Shown one piece after another: positions 28,290 to 37,904 of a DNA stretch of 64,000 bases. Below the pieces are notes generated by a model. That model was not told the origin of the DNA and searched no databases. It worked only from the letters and a program-made list of their open reading frames with translations. The translations under genes and the position numbers were made by a program. The DNA is from Patescibacteria group bacterium (lineage in GTDB: Bacteria; Patescibacteriota; Patescibacteriia; UBA1558; GWA2-36-10). Location: contig JAHJQF010000001.1 in assembly GCA_018819405.1 (NCBI GenBank), forward strand, positions 817,469 through 881,468, in the 5' to 3' direction. The stretch's first letter is position 1. Each line of letters starts with the position of its first letter.

Positions 28290-30798
28290 TTTTTATTTGC
28301 TCTTTCAAATAATAACCCGTCACTGATTTTTGATTATTAGCTACTTCCTCAGGTGTACCAGAGGCCACTAATTTTCCACCTTCATCGCCACCCTCTGGAC
28401 CCAAATCCAACAAATAATCCATAGATTTTAACATATGAAGATTATGTTCAATTACTACTACGGTATTTTGTCTGACCACCAACTTATTTAGCACCTGAAG
28501 TAACATCTCCACATCATGATAATGTAAACCCACCGTTGGCTCATCCAGAAGATATAGACTGCGTTTACCTAAAGTATGAGTCAGCTCACGAGCTAATTTG
28601 ATACGCTGAGCCTCACCGCCAGAAAGAGTAGTGGCACTTTGTCCTAGCTGTAGATAACCCAAACCCACCTCTTGCAAAACTTTGAGTTTGTCGGCGATAC
28701 GATAGTTAGCATCAAAATAATCTATAGCTTCATCAATTGTCAGGGCTAGCACTTCGGCAATATTTTTACCTTTGTATTTTACCTGCAAAGTCTCACGGTT
28801 GAATCTTTTACCACGACAGACATCACACTCTACATAAACTGCCGGCAGAAAATGCATTTCTATCAATTTGGCACCCGCTCCGTCACAGGCCTCACACCGT
28901 CCACCCGGACGATTAAAAGAAAATCTGGAAAGTGAATATCCCCTTTCTCTAGCTTCTGGCAGCAGGGCAAAAAAATCTCTAATTGGTGTAAAAATTCCAG
29001 TATAAGTTGCTGGATTAGACCGCGGCGTCCTGCCAATTGGTGATTGATCTATCACTATGACTTTACTGATATATTCACTACCCTCTATCCTAGTTACATC
29101 TTGGAGCTTAAATTTGCCAGGACGATTTTTGATAGCACTGAGATTTTTGTAAAGCACATCATAAAGTAAGCTTGATTTGCCAGAACCAGACACACCACTA
29201 ATGCCCACTAGTTTACGCAAAGGTATCTCTACTTGCAAATTTTTTAGATTATTGGCTCTAGCACCTATCAATTTTAGACTCTCGGTACTTTTTTCCCGAC
29301 GCTTATCAGGAATGTGAATTCGCCTCTTGCCGACCAAATAGTCAACGGTTAATGATTTTTTACTATTGGCCACATTTATAATCTTATTAGTCTCACCAGC
29401 TATCATGACTTCACCGCCGTGTATTCCGGCCATCGGTCCAAGATCCACAAGATAATCTGATGACATGATAGTCTGTTCATCGTGCTCTACTATTATTACT
29501 GAGTTGTTTTTGCTTTGCAAAGATCTTAGAGTTTCAATCAATCTAGAAGTGTCTCTTTCATGAAGGCCGATAGTTGGCTCATCAAGAACATACAAAGTGC
29601 GGGATAAATGTGATCCGATCTGGGATGACAGTCTGATACGCTGTGCCTCGCCGCCAGATAATGTATGAGCTCGTCTGTCTAAAGTAAGATAATTTAAACC
29701 AACTTTGAGTAAAAATTCCAAACGACTAATAATCTCAACCACTACCGGCTCAGCAATAACCCGATGATTATCCGGCATATTAGTAAAATAATCTTCAAAA
29801 AATTTGTGCGCCTTATCAATTGACCAAGCACTAATCTCGGCAATATTAACCTTGTTTATTCTGATTGATAAAGTCTCGGGTCTAAGCCTCAGACCATGAC
29901 AATCACCGCAAGTATCTTCATCTTCCCAAGATACCATACCTAGGCCATGACAAGTTGGACAAGCACCGTGTGGACTGTTGAAAGAAAAGAGTCTTGGCTC
30001 TATTTCCGGAAAAGAAAAATTGTCTTTGGGACAAGTCCAATTGGCTGATAAAAGCATTTCTTCGGATTTTTTCTTTTGACTGTCAAACAGGATTGTAATT
30101 ACTCCTTGACCATAGTCCAAAGCACTTTCTACTGCCTCATAAAGACGGGTACGATCACTGAGCATTATTTTATCTACTACAATATCAATATCATGTTTTT
30201 TGTACCTAGCCAGATTTATTTTGTCGTGCAAATTATGAAGTTTGCCATCTACTCTAGCCTGAGAATAACCCAAAGACAAGTAATCATACAAAAGTTGGTA
30301 ATATTCTCCTTTTCTGCCACGAACTACTGGAGCTAGGATGGTAATATACTTATCACCTCGGTCTTTAGCTTTTTTACTTATTATGTCTATCATCTCATCC
30401 ACCGACAGTTTTTCTATCTTGGTCTTACAAATTGGACAATATACCTCACCCAACCTAGCAAATAAGACACGCAAATAATCATATATTTCAGTCAATGTAC
30501 CGACTGTAGAGCGCGGATTGTGACTCAATGATTTTTGATCTATAGAAATAGATGGAGCTAGACCAATTATCTCATCAACCTCGGCCGGCTTCATCTGTCC
30601 CAAAAATTGCCGAGCATAAGGGGAAAGAGATTCAATATATCTGCGTTGCCCCTCGGCAAAGATAGTATCAAAAGCCAAAGATGACTTACCACTGCCTGAC
30701 ACACCAGTAATAACAACCAGCTTATTGTGCGGTATAGTTAAATTTATATTTTTCAAATTGTGCATGCGCGCACCTTTGATTATTATATTTTCATCCAT
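28264..30798 (-). CDS. uvrA: Excinuclease ABC subunit A
   Basis: Two GVSGSGKSS, two LSGGEAQRI, zinc fingers; start at MDENIIIKGAR (30798). Confidence 0.97.
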   Translation of the reverse strand: MDENIIIKGARMHNLKNINLTIPHNKLVVITGVSGSGKSSLAFDTIFAEGQRRYIESLSPYARQFLGQMKPAEVDEIIGLAPSISIDQKSLSHNPRSTVGTLTEIYDYLRVLFARLGEVYCPICKTKIEKLSVDEMIDIISKKAKDRGDKYITILAPVVRGRKGEYYQLLYDYLSLGYSQARVDGKLHNLHDKINLARYKKHDIDIVVDKIMLSDRTRLYEAVESALDYGQGVITILFDSQKKKSEEMLLSANWTCPKDNFSFPEIEPRLFSFNSPHGACPTCHGLGMVSWEDEDTCGDCHGLRLRPETLSIRINKVNIAEISAWSIDKAHKFFEDYFTNMPDNHRVIAEPVVVEIISRLEFLLKVGLNYLTLDRRAHTLSGGEAQRIRLSSQIGSHLSRTLYVLDEPTIGLHERDTSRLIETLRSLQSKNNSVIIVEHDEQTIMSSDYLVDLGPMAGIHGGEVMIAGETNKIINVANSKKSLTVDYLVGKRRIHIPDKRREKSTESLKLIGARANNLKNLQVEIPLRKLVGISGVSGSGKSSLLYDVLYKNLSAIKNRPGKFKLQDVTRIEGSEYISKVIVIDQSPIGRTPRSNPATYTGIFTPIRDFFALLPEARERGYSLSRFSFNRPGGRCEACDGAGAKLIEMHFLPAVYVECDVCRGKRFNRETLQVKYKGKNIAEVLALTIDEAIDYFDANYRIADKLKVLQEVGLGYLQLGQSATTLSGGEAQRIKLARELTHTLGKRSLYLLDEPTVGLHYHDVEMLLQVLNKLVVRQNTVVVIEHNLHMLKSMDYLLDLGPEGGDEGGKLVASGTPEEVANNQKSVTGYYLKEQIKNDKVKRKN

Positions 30799-30799
30799 A

Positions 30800-32635
30800 T
30801 TATTTTCTTTGTTTATTCTCAATATCCAAAAATCTGGAAATTTCTTTTTTAATTGTCTTTGGCTTGATGCCGTGCTTTCTATTGTAGGCAATTTGTTTTT
30901 CCCGTCTTCTCTCCACTTCAGCCATAGCCCTTTTTATAGAACCAGTTTTTTTATCAGCGTACAAAATGACCTTGCCATTTACATTTCTGGCTGCTCTACC
31001 CATAATTTGCATCAAAGATGTCTCACTCCTCAAAAATCCTTCACGATCAGCATCAAGAATGGCCACCAAGCTAACCTCCGGCAAATCTAATCCTTCTCTT
31101 AGCAAATTAACGCCAACTAATACATCAAATTTTCCGCTCCTAAAATCCATCAAAATATCGGCTCTTTCTACGGTTTTTATATCAGAATGAAGAAAATTTG
31201 ACTTAATTTTCTTAGATTTTAAATAACTGTGTAAATCTTCGGCCTGCTTCTTGGTCAAAGTATTTACTATTGTCCTGTCATGGCTTTTTACCAATATTCC
31301 TATCTCGGATACTATATCATCTATCTGGGTGCGATTTTTCTTTTTATCAAAAATTGGTCGCACTTCTACTGGTGGATCAATCAAGCCAGTGGGTCGGATA
31401 AGCTGCTGGACAATCTGTTTGGAGTGTTCTATTTCCCAATTACCGGGAGTAGCCGAAGTAAAAATAACCTGCCCCACTCTATCCAAAAATTCTTCAAAAC
31501 GGAGTGGTCTATTATCCAAAGCTGACGGCAAACGCCAGCCATATTGAGATAATATTTCCTTACGACTTTTATCCCCCATATACATACCCCTGATTTGTGG
31601 CAAAGCAATGTGTGATTCATCAATAATTGTCAAAAAATCTTTTTTATCAAAATAAGCCAAAAGTGTATCCGGTGCTTGCCCAAGCAACTTACCAGTCAGA
31701 TGCCTAGAATAATTTTCTATACCATGACAGTAGCCCAAAGATTTCATCATCTCCATATCAAAACGTGTACGACGCTCTAGTCTTTCAGCTTCTAGATAAA
31801 GCTTCTTTTTATTAAAATATTTTAAACGTTCTTGGAGCTCATCTTTTATCTCTTTGATAGCCTGTTCAATCTCGGGCTGAGAAGAAACAAAATGTTTAGG
31901 CGGAAAAACTACTATCTCTTTTAGGCTACTAGATATTTTTCTGCTCAATTTTTCCAACAAATCTATTGAACTAATTTTTTGTTCAATAAATTCTATACGA
32001 TAGACAGTCTCCTCAGAGGCCGGCATTATCTCAAATACATCACCTCGTACTCTAAATTTACCTCGACCAAGTTCTCCGGGTGTGCGTTCAAATTGCATTT
32101 TGATAAGTTGCCTAATAAGATCACCACGGACAATAGGCTGACCAACCGCCAGACGCAAAGCGTGCTCCAAATAATTTAGTGGTATTCCCAAATTATAAAT
32201 ACAAGAAACCGAAGCCACTATAATCACATCTTTTCTAGTCAGAAGCGCACTAGTAGCCTGATGGCGCAATCTATCAATCTCATCATTTATCATTGCCTCT
32301 TTTTCAATGTAAGTGTCAGTAATCGGCATATAAGCTTCCGGCTGATAATAATCATAATAAGAAACAAAATAATTCACTGAATTTTCAGGGAAAAACATTT
32401 TGTATTCATGATAAAGCTGAGCGGCCAGTGCTTTGTTGGGAGCAATCACCAAAACAGGCCGATTGAATTTTTGAATTACATTGGCCATGGTAAAAGTCTT
32501 ACCAGATCCAGTCACTCCCAAAAGTGTCTGAAAGTCGTGACCTCTTTCTAAGCCACCGGCCAACTTGGTTATAGCTTGTGGTTGATCACCAGCCGGTTCA
32601 AATTTTGACTTTATTTTAAATATTTTATCCTTCAT
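30800..32635 (-). CDS. uvrB: Excinuclease ABC subunit B
   Basis: GVTGSGKT, YFVSYYDYYQPEAY, DESH, LLREGLDLPEV; start at MKDKIF (32635). Confidence 0.97.
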   Translation of the reverse strand: MKDKIFKIKSKFEPAGDQPQAITKLAGGLERGHDFQTLLGVTGSGKTFTMANVIQKFNRPVLVIAPNKALAAQLYHEYKMFFPENSVNYFVSYYDYYQPEAYMPITDTYIEKEAMINDEIDRLRHQATSALLTRKDVIIVASVSCIYNLGIPLNYLEHALRLAVGQPIVRGDLIRQLIKMQFERTPGELGRGKFRVRGDVFEIMPASEETVYRIEFIEQKISSIDLLEKLSRKISSSLKEIVVFPPKHFVSSQPEIEQAIKEIKDELQERLKYFNKKKLYLEAERLERRTRFDMEMMKSLGYCHGIENYSRHLTGKLLGQAPDTLLAYFDKKDFLTIIDESHIALPQIRGMYMGDKSRKEILSQYGWRLPSALDNRPLRFEEFLDRVGQVIFTSATPGNWEIEHSKQIVQQLIRPTGLIDPPVEVRPIFDKKKNRTQIDDIVSEIGILVKSHDRTIVNTLTKKQAEDLHSYLKSKKIKSNFLHSDIKTVERADILMDFRSGKFDVLVGVNLLREGLDLPEVSLVAILDADREGFLRSETSLMQIMGRAARNVNGKVILYADKKTGSIKRAMAEVERRREKQIAYNRKHGIKPKTIKKEISRFLDIENKQRK

Positions 32636-32743
32636 AAATTTATATAAATAGCACAAAGGCCCCAAGTTTTTTTGGGGTGAGTATATATAATAATACAAGA
32701 CACAAAAATATGCAAAATATAAATAATTAGTTTCCCAATGCTA

Positions 32744-33030
32744 TTGACAAAAAACTAAATATATGTTAATATAGCAAGGTTCAACTAATAATAACTTTTC
32801 TTTCAATTCGCAGGAGAAAAATTTAGGTGATAGATTGCCGCGCGGCTCTCGCTAGCGCTGTCCAATTCTTAAGTGCTCAAACACTGCGGGATTGTTGACA
32901 CCTCGCGCAGCAAATCAGGTCACCTGGGATAGCTATTTGAACTAGCACATCGCCTGTTCAAGTCCCCGCTCCTGCTTGGAGCCCGATACTACACAATGGA
33001 ACAAAACGTGTGGGTCGGGCTCTTTTTTTT
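32744..33030 (+). other. GC-rich transcription unit: sORF, pseudogene or sRNA
   Basis: TTGACA-17-TAATAT; AGGAG; GTG ORF 32827-32898 (23 aa); terminator GAGCCCGA..TCGGGCTC plus T8. Confidence 0.55.
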
Positions 33031-33060
33031 GTCAAAAGAAAAACCCTTTTTGTGTTGGAA

Positions 33061-34053
33061 TTATTTTTTATCAGTAGCCAGCTGTCCACAAGCTGCCTCT
33101 ATATCTCTACCAAAACTATAACGCTGAGTAACTGATATTCCTTCTCTTTCCAAAAGATGACGAAATTTTTGTATGTCTTTGACGTCACTGGCTTTGAAGA
33201 CATCTGTCGGATTATAAGAAATAAGATTGACCATATACAAAGGTTTTTTCATTAACCGAGCCAATTCTTCAGCATGTTTTGGCTGATCATTTACTCCTTT
33301 GATCATCAAATATTCAAACATAACCCGACGACCGGTTTTGGCAATATATTCGTCAACCTCTTTTAGTAGTTTAGTAATATTAAAACCACGATTTATAGGC
33401 ATGAGTTCACTTCTCAATTTGTCATTTGGTGCATGAAGCGACACTGCCAAATTGACTTGAAAATTTTCACTAGCTAATTTTTTGATACCATGAATTACAC
33501 CACTGGTAGAAATAGAAATGCGTCTGGCTCCAATGTGCAAATCTTCATTAAGATACTTGATAGCCTTGATCACATTTTCATAATTTAAAAATGGCTCCCC
33601 CATCCCCATAAATACCACATTGGAAACACGATCATTACTTTTGGCCAAATATCTGCTAAAAAATAAAACCTGCTCTATGATTTCATTATAATCAAGATTT
33701 CTTTTTAAACCCATTTTACCGGTAGCACAAAAAGTACAGCCCAAAGGACAGCCAACTTGAGTAGACACACAGACTGTAAAGCGCCCGTCTTTGTGCCCCA
33801 AAAGTACAGTCTCTATTTTCAAACCATCAGACAAAGTAATCAAAGCTTTGGTAGATTGAGTGTTTTTGGAAGCAAAAATTTGCCCATCAATTTCTAAAGG
33901 ACAAACTTCATTTAATTTTTCCTTCAAATCCTTGGGTATATTACTAGCCTCAGACCAATTGGTGACCATTTTCTCAAAAATAGCCTCTTTGGCCTGTTTT
34001 ACCCTATATTTAGGCTGTTCTGCCAAGACTTCATATAAATTTTCTAAATTCAT
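33061..34053 (-). CDS. rlmN: 23S rRNA m2A2503 methyltransferase
   Basis: CVSTQVGCPLGCTFCATG, MGMGEP, AACGQL. Confidence 0.96.
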   Translation of the reverse strand: MNLENLYEVLAEQPKYRVKQAKEAIFEKMVTNWSEASNIPKDLKEKLNEVCPLEIDGQIFASKNTQSTKALITLSDGLKIETVLLGHKDGRFTVCVSTQVGCPLGCTFCATGKMGLKRNLDYNEIIEQVLFFSRYLAKSNDRVSNVVFMGMGEPFLNYENVIKAIKYLNEDLHIGARRISISTSGVIHGIKKLASENFQVNLAVSLHAPNDKLRSELMPINRGFNITKLLKEVDEYIAKTGRRVMFEYLMIKGVNDQPKHAEELARLMKKPLYMVNLISYNPTDVFKASDVKDIQKFRHLLEREGISVTQRYSFGRDIEAACGQLATDKK

Positions 34054-34132
34054 AATTGTATTATATCAAAAGTCCTAGTAAATACTAGGACTTAATTGAA
34101 TAGACTAGTTGATAAAAGCTTATCTGTCAAAC

Positions 34133-35860
34133 CTAAGCTCTCTTTCTTTTAAAAATAAATCCAGCAACCACCAACAAAATAATTACTATTCCCCAAATCA
34201 TATTTTTATTATTACTTGAAGAATTATCTTCCAAAAAAATACTATCAGTATTTTGATTATCTATTGGCGTATTATCTACAAGCTGCTCTGGCTCAGTAAT
34301 GCTTTTTATGTTTTCATCTTTATCAAACTCCACATAAGTATCTGGCTGACCGTCACCTGTAGTATCATGAGCCTCGGTCATAAGATACAAATCATCATCA
34401 AATCTAAGCCAAGTATCATCCTGACTATTACTGTCGCTATCGTAGACTGCCAAAAGCAATTTATCACCATTATAATACAATTTACTACCGTCCTCTTCTT
34501 CCAATCTATCATAATTTATATTGGAGCTGGCAAAGACAATTGTCTGTTCCGGATTTTCTTCAGTCTGAGCCAAAGCACTATTTAGAAAATGCCAAGAAGT
34601 ATCTTTGTCCTTTTGCCAATTAGCTTTTTGCTCATTACACTGACTTTCCAAAATATCTTTTATTCTGGTCTTTTCTTTGGCTTCCCAACCAGTTGCTTCG
34701 GCTTGCAATCTAGCTATTTCTTTTTCATTGGCCAAAAGCTCTGCCCGACGGGCGGCATTTTCCCGATAACTATCAGCGATAGCCTCGGTCAAAAACTGAT
34801 TGGTAATACGCTGGTCACGCAAAATATCAAATTCCTCCTGACTAATATCAGCTGATGGCAAAATTGCATTGCGAGAATCAGTGGCTATTTGTTTTACTAC
34901 TGACGTAGGATCACCTATGCTCTCTAGAGCTTCTAAGGCGGCATTGACTCCTATAGAAGCTACTTTACCTTTGGCATCACTAGTGTCTATTGCTAGTTTG
35001 GAATTAGCCGGAACACTGGCTTGAAATACCTTTAATGCCGCTCCAATTCTTTCAATCTGTTCAGTACCAGACAATACCTTACTATATGACTGACCAGTGC
35101 CAATGCCAGACTTGATTGTAGTATAAGTAATATAAGCCAAACGGGTAGTGGCTTTTATCAAATTGTTTCTCATATTTTGCACCAAAGCCATTTTATATTC
35201 CCGCAAAGCTAGGCGCATCTCCCTATCAATTTCCATATCTCTTTCAAGCTCAGCATTTCTAGCCATCAATTCAATTATTTTTTCATAAGTAGCTGTGTGT
35301 TGTTGCACTTCCCAGCTTCTGACACCTGGCTCTAGACGATAATCAAAATCAGAATACTTTTTCCAATCAGTATCAAATTGTCCTTCTATCAGATTGCAAT
35401 CACTATCAAATGGACCGTCTGGGACAAAACCAGCTGTATCAGCATCTGGGGGTTCTTTGGAATCATTTTCTTCTGGTTTTACACATTTGTCTCCTTGTTT
35501 GATATAAGGATCTTCACAGTAATTACACTGTTTATTTTTGTAAATACCGCCAGCTAGCTCACAATTGTCGGCAAAAGTATCAAGTAGACCCTGTGCCCAT
35601 TTGTCGTATTCATCTTGGACATAGCTATTGGCTGCTGACTTATCCAAGCCAATATTGTCACAATATTCATTGTGAAAAGCACACTTACAATACTGAAAAT
35701 TCATCACCACCCCGCAAAAATCATCTTTGATATCTGGTTTTTGAAATTTTTCTATTTTTCCTTTGCTGCAGCCGGAAAAAACAAAAAGGGCCAAAAATAA
35801 GGTGCCCATTAAAACAAAAGATTTGTTATTTTTCATATATTTAAAGCAATTGTTAGCCAA
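34133..35860 (-). CDS. Surface protein: lipobox, Cys-rich N-domain, coiled coil, DxDxD repeats, C-terminal TM
   Basis: FSGC lipobox, Cys cluster, C-terminal TM followed by KRKRA; exact start uncertain. Confidence 0.75.
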   Translation of the reverse strand: MANNCFKYMKNNKSFVLMGTLFLALFVFSGCSKGKIEKFQKPDIKDDFCGVVMNFQYCKCAFHNEYCDNIGLDKSAANSYVQDEYDKWAQGLLDTFADNCELAGGIYKNKQCNYCEDPYIKQGDKCVKPEENDSKEPPDADTAGFVPDGPFDSDCNLIEGQFDTDWKKYSDFDYRLEPGVRSWEVQQHTATYEKIIELMARNAELERDMEIDREMRLALREYKMALVQNMRNNLIKATTRLAYITYTTIKSGIGTGQSYSKVLSGTEQIERIGAALKVFQASVPANSKLAIDTSDAKGKVASIGVNAALEALESIGDPTSVVKQIATDSRNAILPSADISQEEFDILRDQRITNQFLTEAIADSYRENAARRAELLANEKEIARLQAEATGWEAKEKTRIKDILESQCNEQKANWQKDKDTSWHFLNSALAQTEENPEQTIVFASSNINYDRLEEEDGSKLYYNGDKLLLAVYDSDSNSQDDTWLRFDDDLYLMTEAHDTTGDGQPDTYVEFDKDENIKSITEPEQLVDNTPIDNQNTDSIFLEDNSSSNNKNMIWGIVIILLVVAGFIFKRKRA

Positions 35861-36014
35861 ATATATCTAAATTATAACCTGCTATATAAAATATTGTCAA
35901 AAATCTCATATATTGACAAAAAATCTAAAAAATTATACTATATATTGTTTTCCAAGCGCAAGAAAGCTATATGCTAACTTGCTAAATTGTTCACACAAGC
36001 CTGGAGGAAAGTAC

Positions 36015-36470
36015 ATGGAACGGAAATACCTGACTTTTGAAATGTCCGGACAGATCATTGCACTATGGGTTCTGCAAATTAAAGAAATCTCTGATATGCA
36101 AAATATTCATCTGGTACCCAACGCTGGCGACGGTCTGCTGGGCGTGTTCGCATTGCGAGGTCGCAACATACCGGTCTTTGAATTCCGCACTGGCGAGCCG
36201 CGAATCAGCGAATGCATCATCGTCATCAAAGTGGATGCACCCAATCTGCATAGTTTCGCGCTGATCGTGGATAGACCCGAAGAGGTCTTGAGTATTCCGG
36301 ATGATTTGCCTCGCTCGCCGATCGAAGAAAAAACTCTGCGTCAAGCAGTGACGCCGGCTTGTCAAGGTATCAAATACCAGGTCTCCCACGATGACCGCCA
36401 ATTCTGGCTGATGGATCCTGAGAACATCCTGAGCAAAGAGCAGTTGGCCAGAGCCGCCTCACTGCTCTAG
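36015..36470 (+). CDS. CheW-like protein in a GC-rich cassette
   Basis: GGAGG SD; YLTF..IKEI..VPNA..LLGVFALRGRNIPVF..IIVI..ALIVD..EVL; promoter TTGACA-17-TACTAT at 35913-35941. Confidence 0.8.
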   Translation: MERKYLTFEMSGQIIALWVLQIKEISDMQNIHLVPNAGDGLLGVFALRGRNIPVFEFRTGEPRISECIIVIKVDAPNLHSFALIVDRPEEVLSIPDDLPRSPIEEKTLRQAVTPACQGIKYQVSHDDRQFWLMDPENILSKEQLARAASLL

Positions 36471-36521
36471 AGCCTTAGCCATTACAACAGGCCAAAAAAG
36501 GTCTAAAACAAGGAGTCTGCC

Positions 36522-36830
36522 ATGATTCACTTTGAGCTGCACCTGCTGGCGTCCAGTCTCGGCCATTTCAAATCAGAAATACAGTTCAAAATAACCGACG
36601 TCGCCGAAAAACTGGAACTTCGCGAGGCTACTCTGGAGATCATCGAGGTCAAGTGCCTAATCAATTTGAACAACGCCTCGGCCTACCCTCACGATTGGGG
36701 GCGCCTGATCATTCAATGTGATGATAGCCACATGATCCAGGAAATCATAAAGGCACTGCAGGAGTCTGACTTCGGTATGATGATCAGCACCACAACCGAT
36801 GTTTTTGTCCCATCCCGACCCACGACATGA
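36522..36830 (+). CDS. Orphan protein, second gene of the GC-rich cassette
   Basis: AAGGAG SD, GC3-rich codons. Confidence 0.7.
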   Translation: MIHFELHLLASSLGHFKSEIQFKITDVAEKLELREATLEIIEVKCLINLNNASAYPHDWGRLIIQCDDSHMIQEIIKALQESDFGMMISTTTDVFVPSRPTT

Positions 36831-36895
36831 TGGACTCCTATCCGTTCGTCGATGAACACATCTAGAACCTCGACTGATGGAGTTCATACCTAGAC

Positions 36896-36934
36896 AGCCG
36901 GGGTCCCACATATGGGACTCCGGCCTACTTTTTT
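36896..36934 (+). terminator. Intrinsic terminator
   Basis: GCCGGGGTCCCA-CATA-TGGGACTCCGGC followed by a T-run. Confidence 0.75.
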
Positions 36935-36952
36935 ATATAAACACAATAAACA

Positions 36953-36981
36953 TTGACATTTGCAGCCTTTTTGTTTATAAT
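36953..36981 (+). promoter_or_regulatory. Consensus sigma70 promoter of tRNA-Thr
   Basis: TTGACA-17-TATAAT. Confidence 0.85.
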
Positions 36982-37003
36982 TTACCCCGTATTTAAAAAA
37001 TCC

Positions 37004-37079
37004 GCCGGGATAGCTCAGTTGGTAGAGCAACGGTTTTGTAAACCGTGGGTCGGGGGTTCAAATCCTCTTCCCGGCTCCA
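37004..37079 (+). tRNA. tRNA-Thr(UGU)
   Basis: 76-nt cloverleaf; ACGGT-TT-TGT-AA-ACCGT anticodon arm; TTCAAAT T-loop; encoded CCA. Confidence 0.96.
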
Positions 37080-37181
37080 TATAATAATTGCCTAATAGTA
37101 TAATTGTTTAATTGAATAATTGATATTAGACAAAAAACTATTATACTATTAACCTATTAATCAATTAACCTAATAATTTTT

Positions 37182-37337
37182 ATGTCACAAGATAATCTAG
37201 CCAAACTGGAATGCACTGATTGCAAAACTATCAATTATCACAGTCATCGTAACAAAAAAACAGTCAAAGAAAGACTGGAAATGAAAAAGTATTGCAAAAA
37301 GTGCAAGAAACATACTATGCACAAAGAGACTAAATAA
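37182..37337 (+). CDS. rpmG: 50S ribosomal protein L33 (Zn-binding form)
   Basis: [51 protein letters not shown]; below the ORF-track cutoff. Confidence 0.95.
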   Translation: MSQDNLAKLECTDCKTINYHSHRNKKTVKERLEMKKYCKKCKKHTMHKETK

Positions 37338-37371
37338 TTTGGTCTTTTGAGGGGGAGTAGTATAGTGGTAG

Positions 37372-37468
37372 TCCACCCAGCCGCTCGCGAGCAGCTGGGA
37401 CAGGGGTCTCCACCCAGCCCTTCGCGAAGGGCTGGGTCCACCACAGCCACCATTGTTGGCTGGGTCCA
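37372..37468. repeat. Three TCCA-tagged 24-nt palindromes
   Basis: Units at 37376-37399, 37413-37436 (perfect palindrome CCCAGCCCTTCGCGAAGGGCTGGG) and 37441-37464, each preceded by TCCA. Confidence 0.9.
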
Positions 37469-37515
37469 AAACCTAAAAAAGCATAATTAAAACAAGAAAA
37501 GCGATTATTTATTAT

Positions 37516-37752
37516 GTGTATATTTTAAAATTAAATAGCGGCAGATTTTATATAGGTTATACGAAAAATATAAAAAGAAGATTATCTGAACACAAAAGAA
37601 AAAAATCTTACATAACTGGCCGAGAAAAATGTTTTGAATTAATCTACTTTGAAGCTTATAATGAGATATACCCAGCTCAAGAAAGAGAGAAAAAACTCAA
37701 ACAATACGGATCAGCTTATCATGGATTATTAAAAAGGTTAAAAATTCGCTAA
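37516..37752 (+). CDS. Stand-alone GIY-YIG nuclease family protein
   Basis: (YY)VYILK..FYIGYTKNIKRRLSEH..LIYFEAY..REKKLK. Start uncertain: in-frame ATT TAT TAT precedes the GTG. Confidence 0.88.
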   Translation: MYILKLNSGRFYIGYTKNIKRRLSEHKRKKSYITGREKCFELIYFEAYNEIYPAQEREKKLKQYGSAYHGLLKRLKIR

Positions 37753-37760
37753 CAGTTGGA

Positions 37761-37836
37761 GGGGGTGTAGTGTCAATGGCTAGCACGTCGGTCTCCAAAA
37801 CCGTAAGTCTGGGTTCGAATCCTAGCACCCCTGCCA
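37761..37836 (+). tRNA. tRNA-Trp(CCA), intact, nested inside the interrupted copy
   Basis: GGGGGTG/CACCCCT acceptor stem, CT-CCA-AA loop, TTCGAAT, G discriminator, CCA end. Confidence 0.93.
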
Positions 37837-37872
37837 TTTGTTAGTGAATTTTTTAATTAAAAATTTCTGGTC

Positions 37873-37904
37873 TCCACCCAGCCGCTCGCGAGAGGCTGGG
37901 TCCA
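37873..37904. repeat. Fourth TCCA-tagged palindrome
   Basis: TCCA-CCCAGCCGCTCGCGAGAGGCTGGG-TCCA. Confidence 0.9.

Noticed and set aside
30799-30891. N-terminal extension of UvrA overlapping uvrB
   Set aside because: Homology begins at MDENIIIKGAR (ATG 30798), right after the uvrB stop.
35913-36014. TTG-start extension of the CheW-like ORF
   Set aside because: The TTG is the -35 box; the SD precedes ATG 36015.
37372-37468. Tandem 28-nt units as a CRISPR array
   Set aside because: Units are adjacent palindromes without unique spacers, lie inside a tRNA, and no cas genes are in the window.
37197-37469. ORF-track minus-strand ORFs (90 and 69 aa)
   Set aside because: Antisense to rpmG and the tRNA repeats.
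37413-37904. Group I intron with a homing endonuclease in tRNA-Trp
   Set aside because: No recognisable P7 or catalytic core, too little non-coding sequence, and the ends are a direct duplication.
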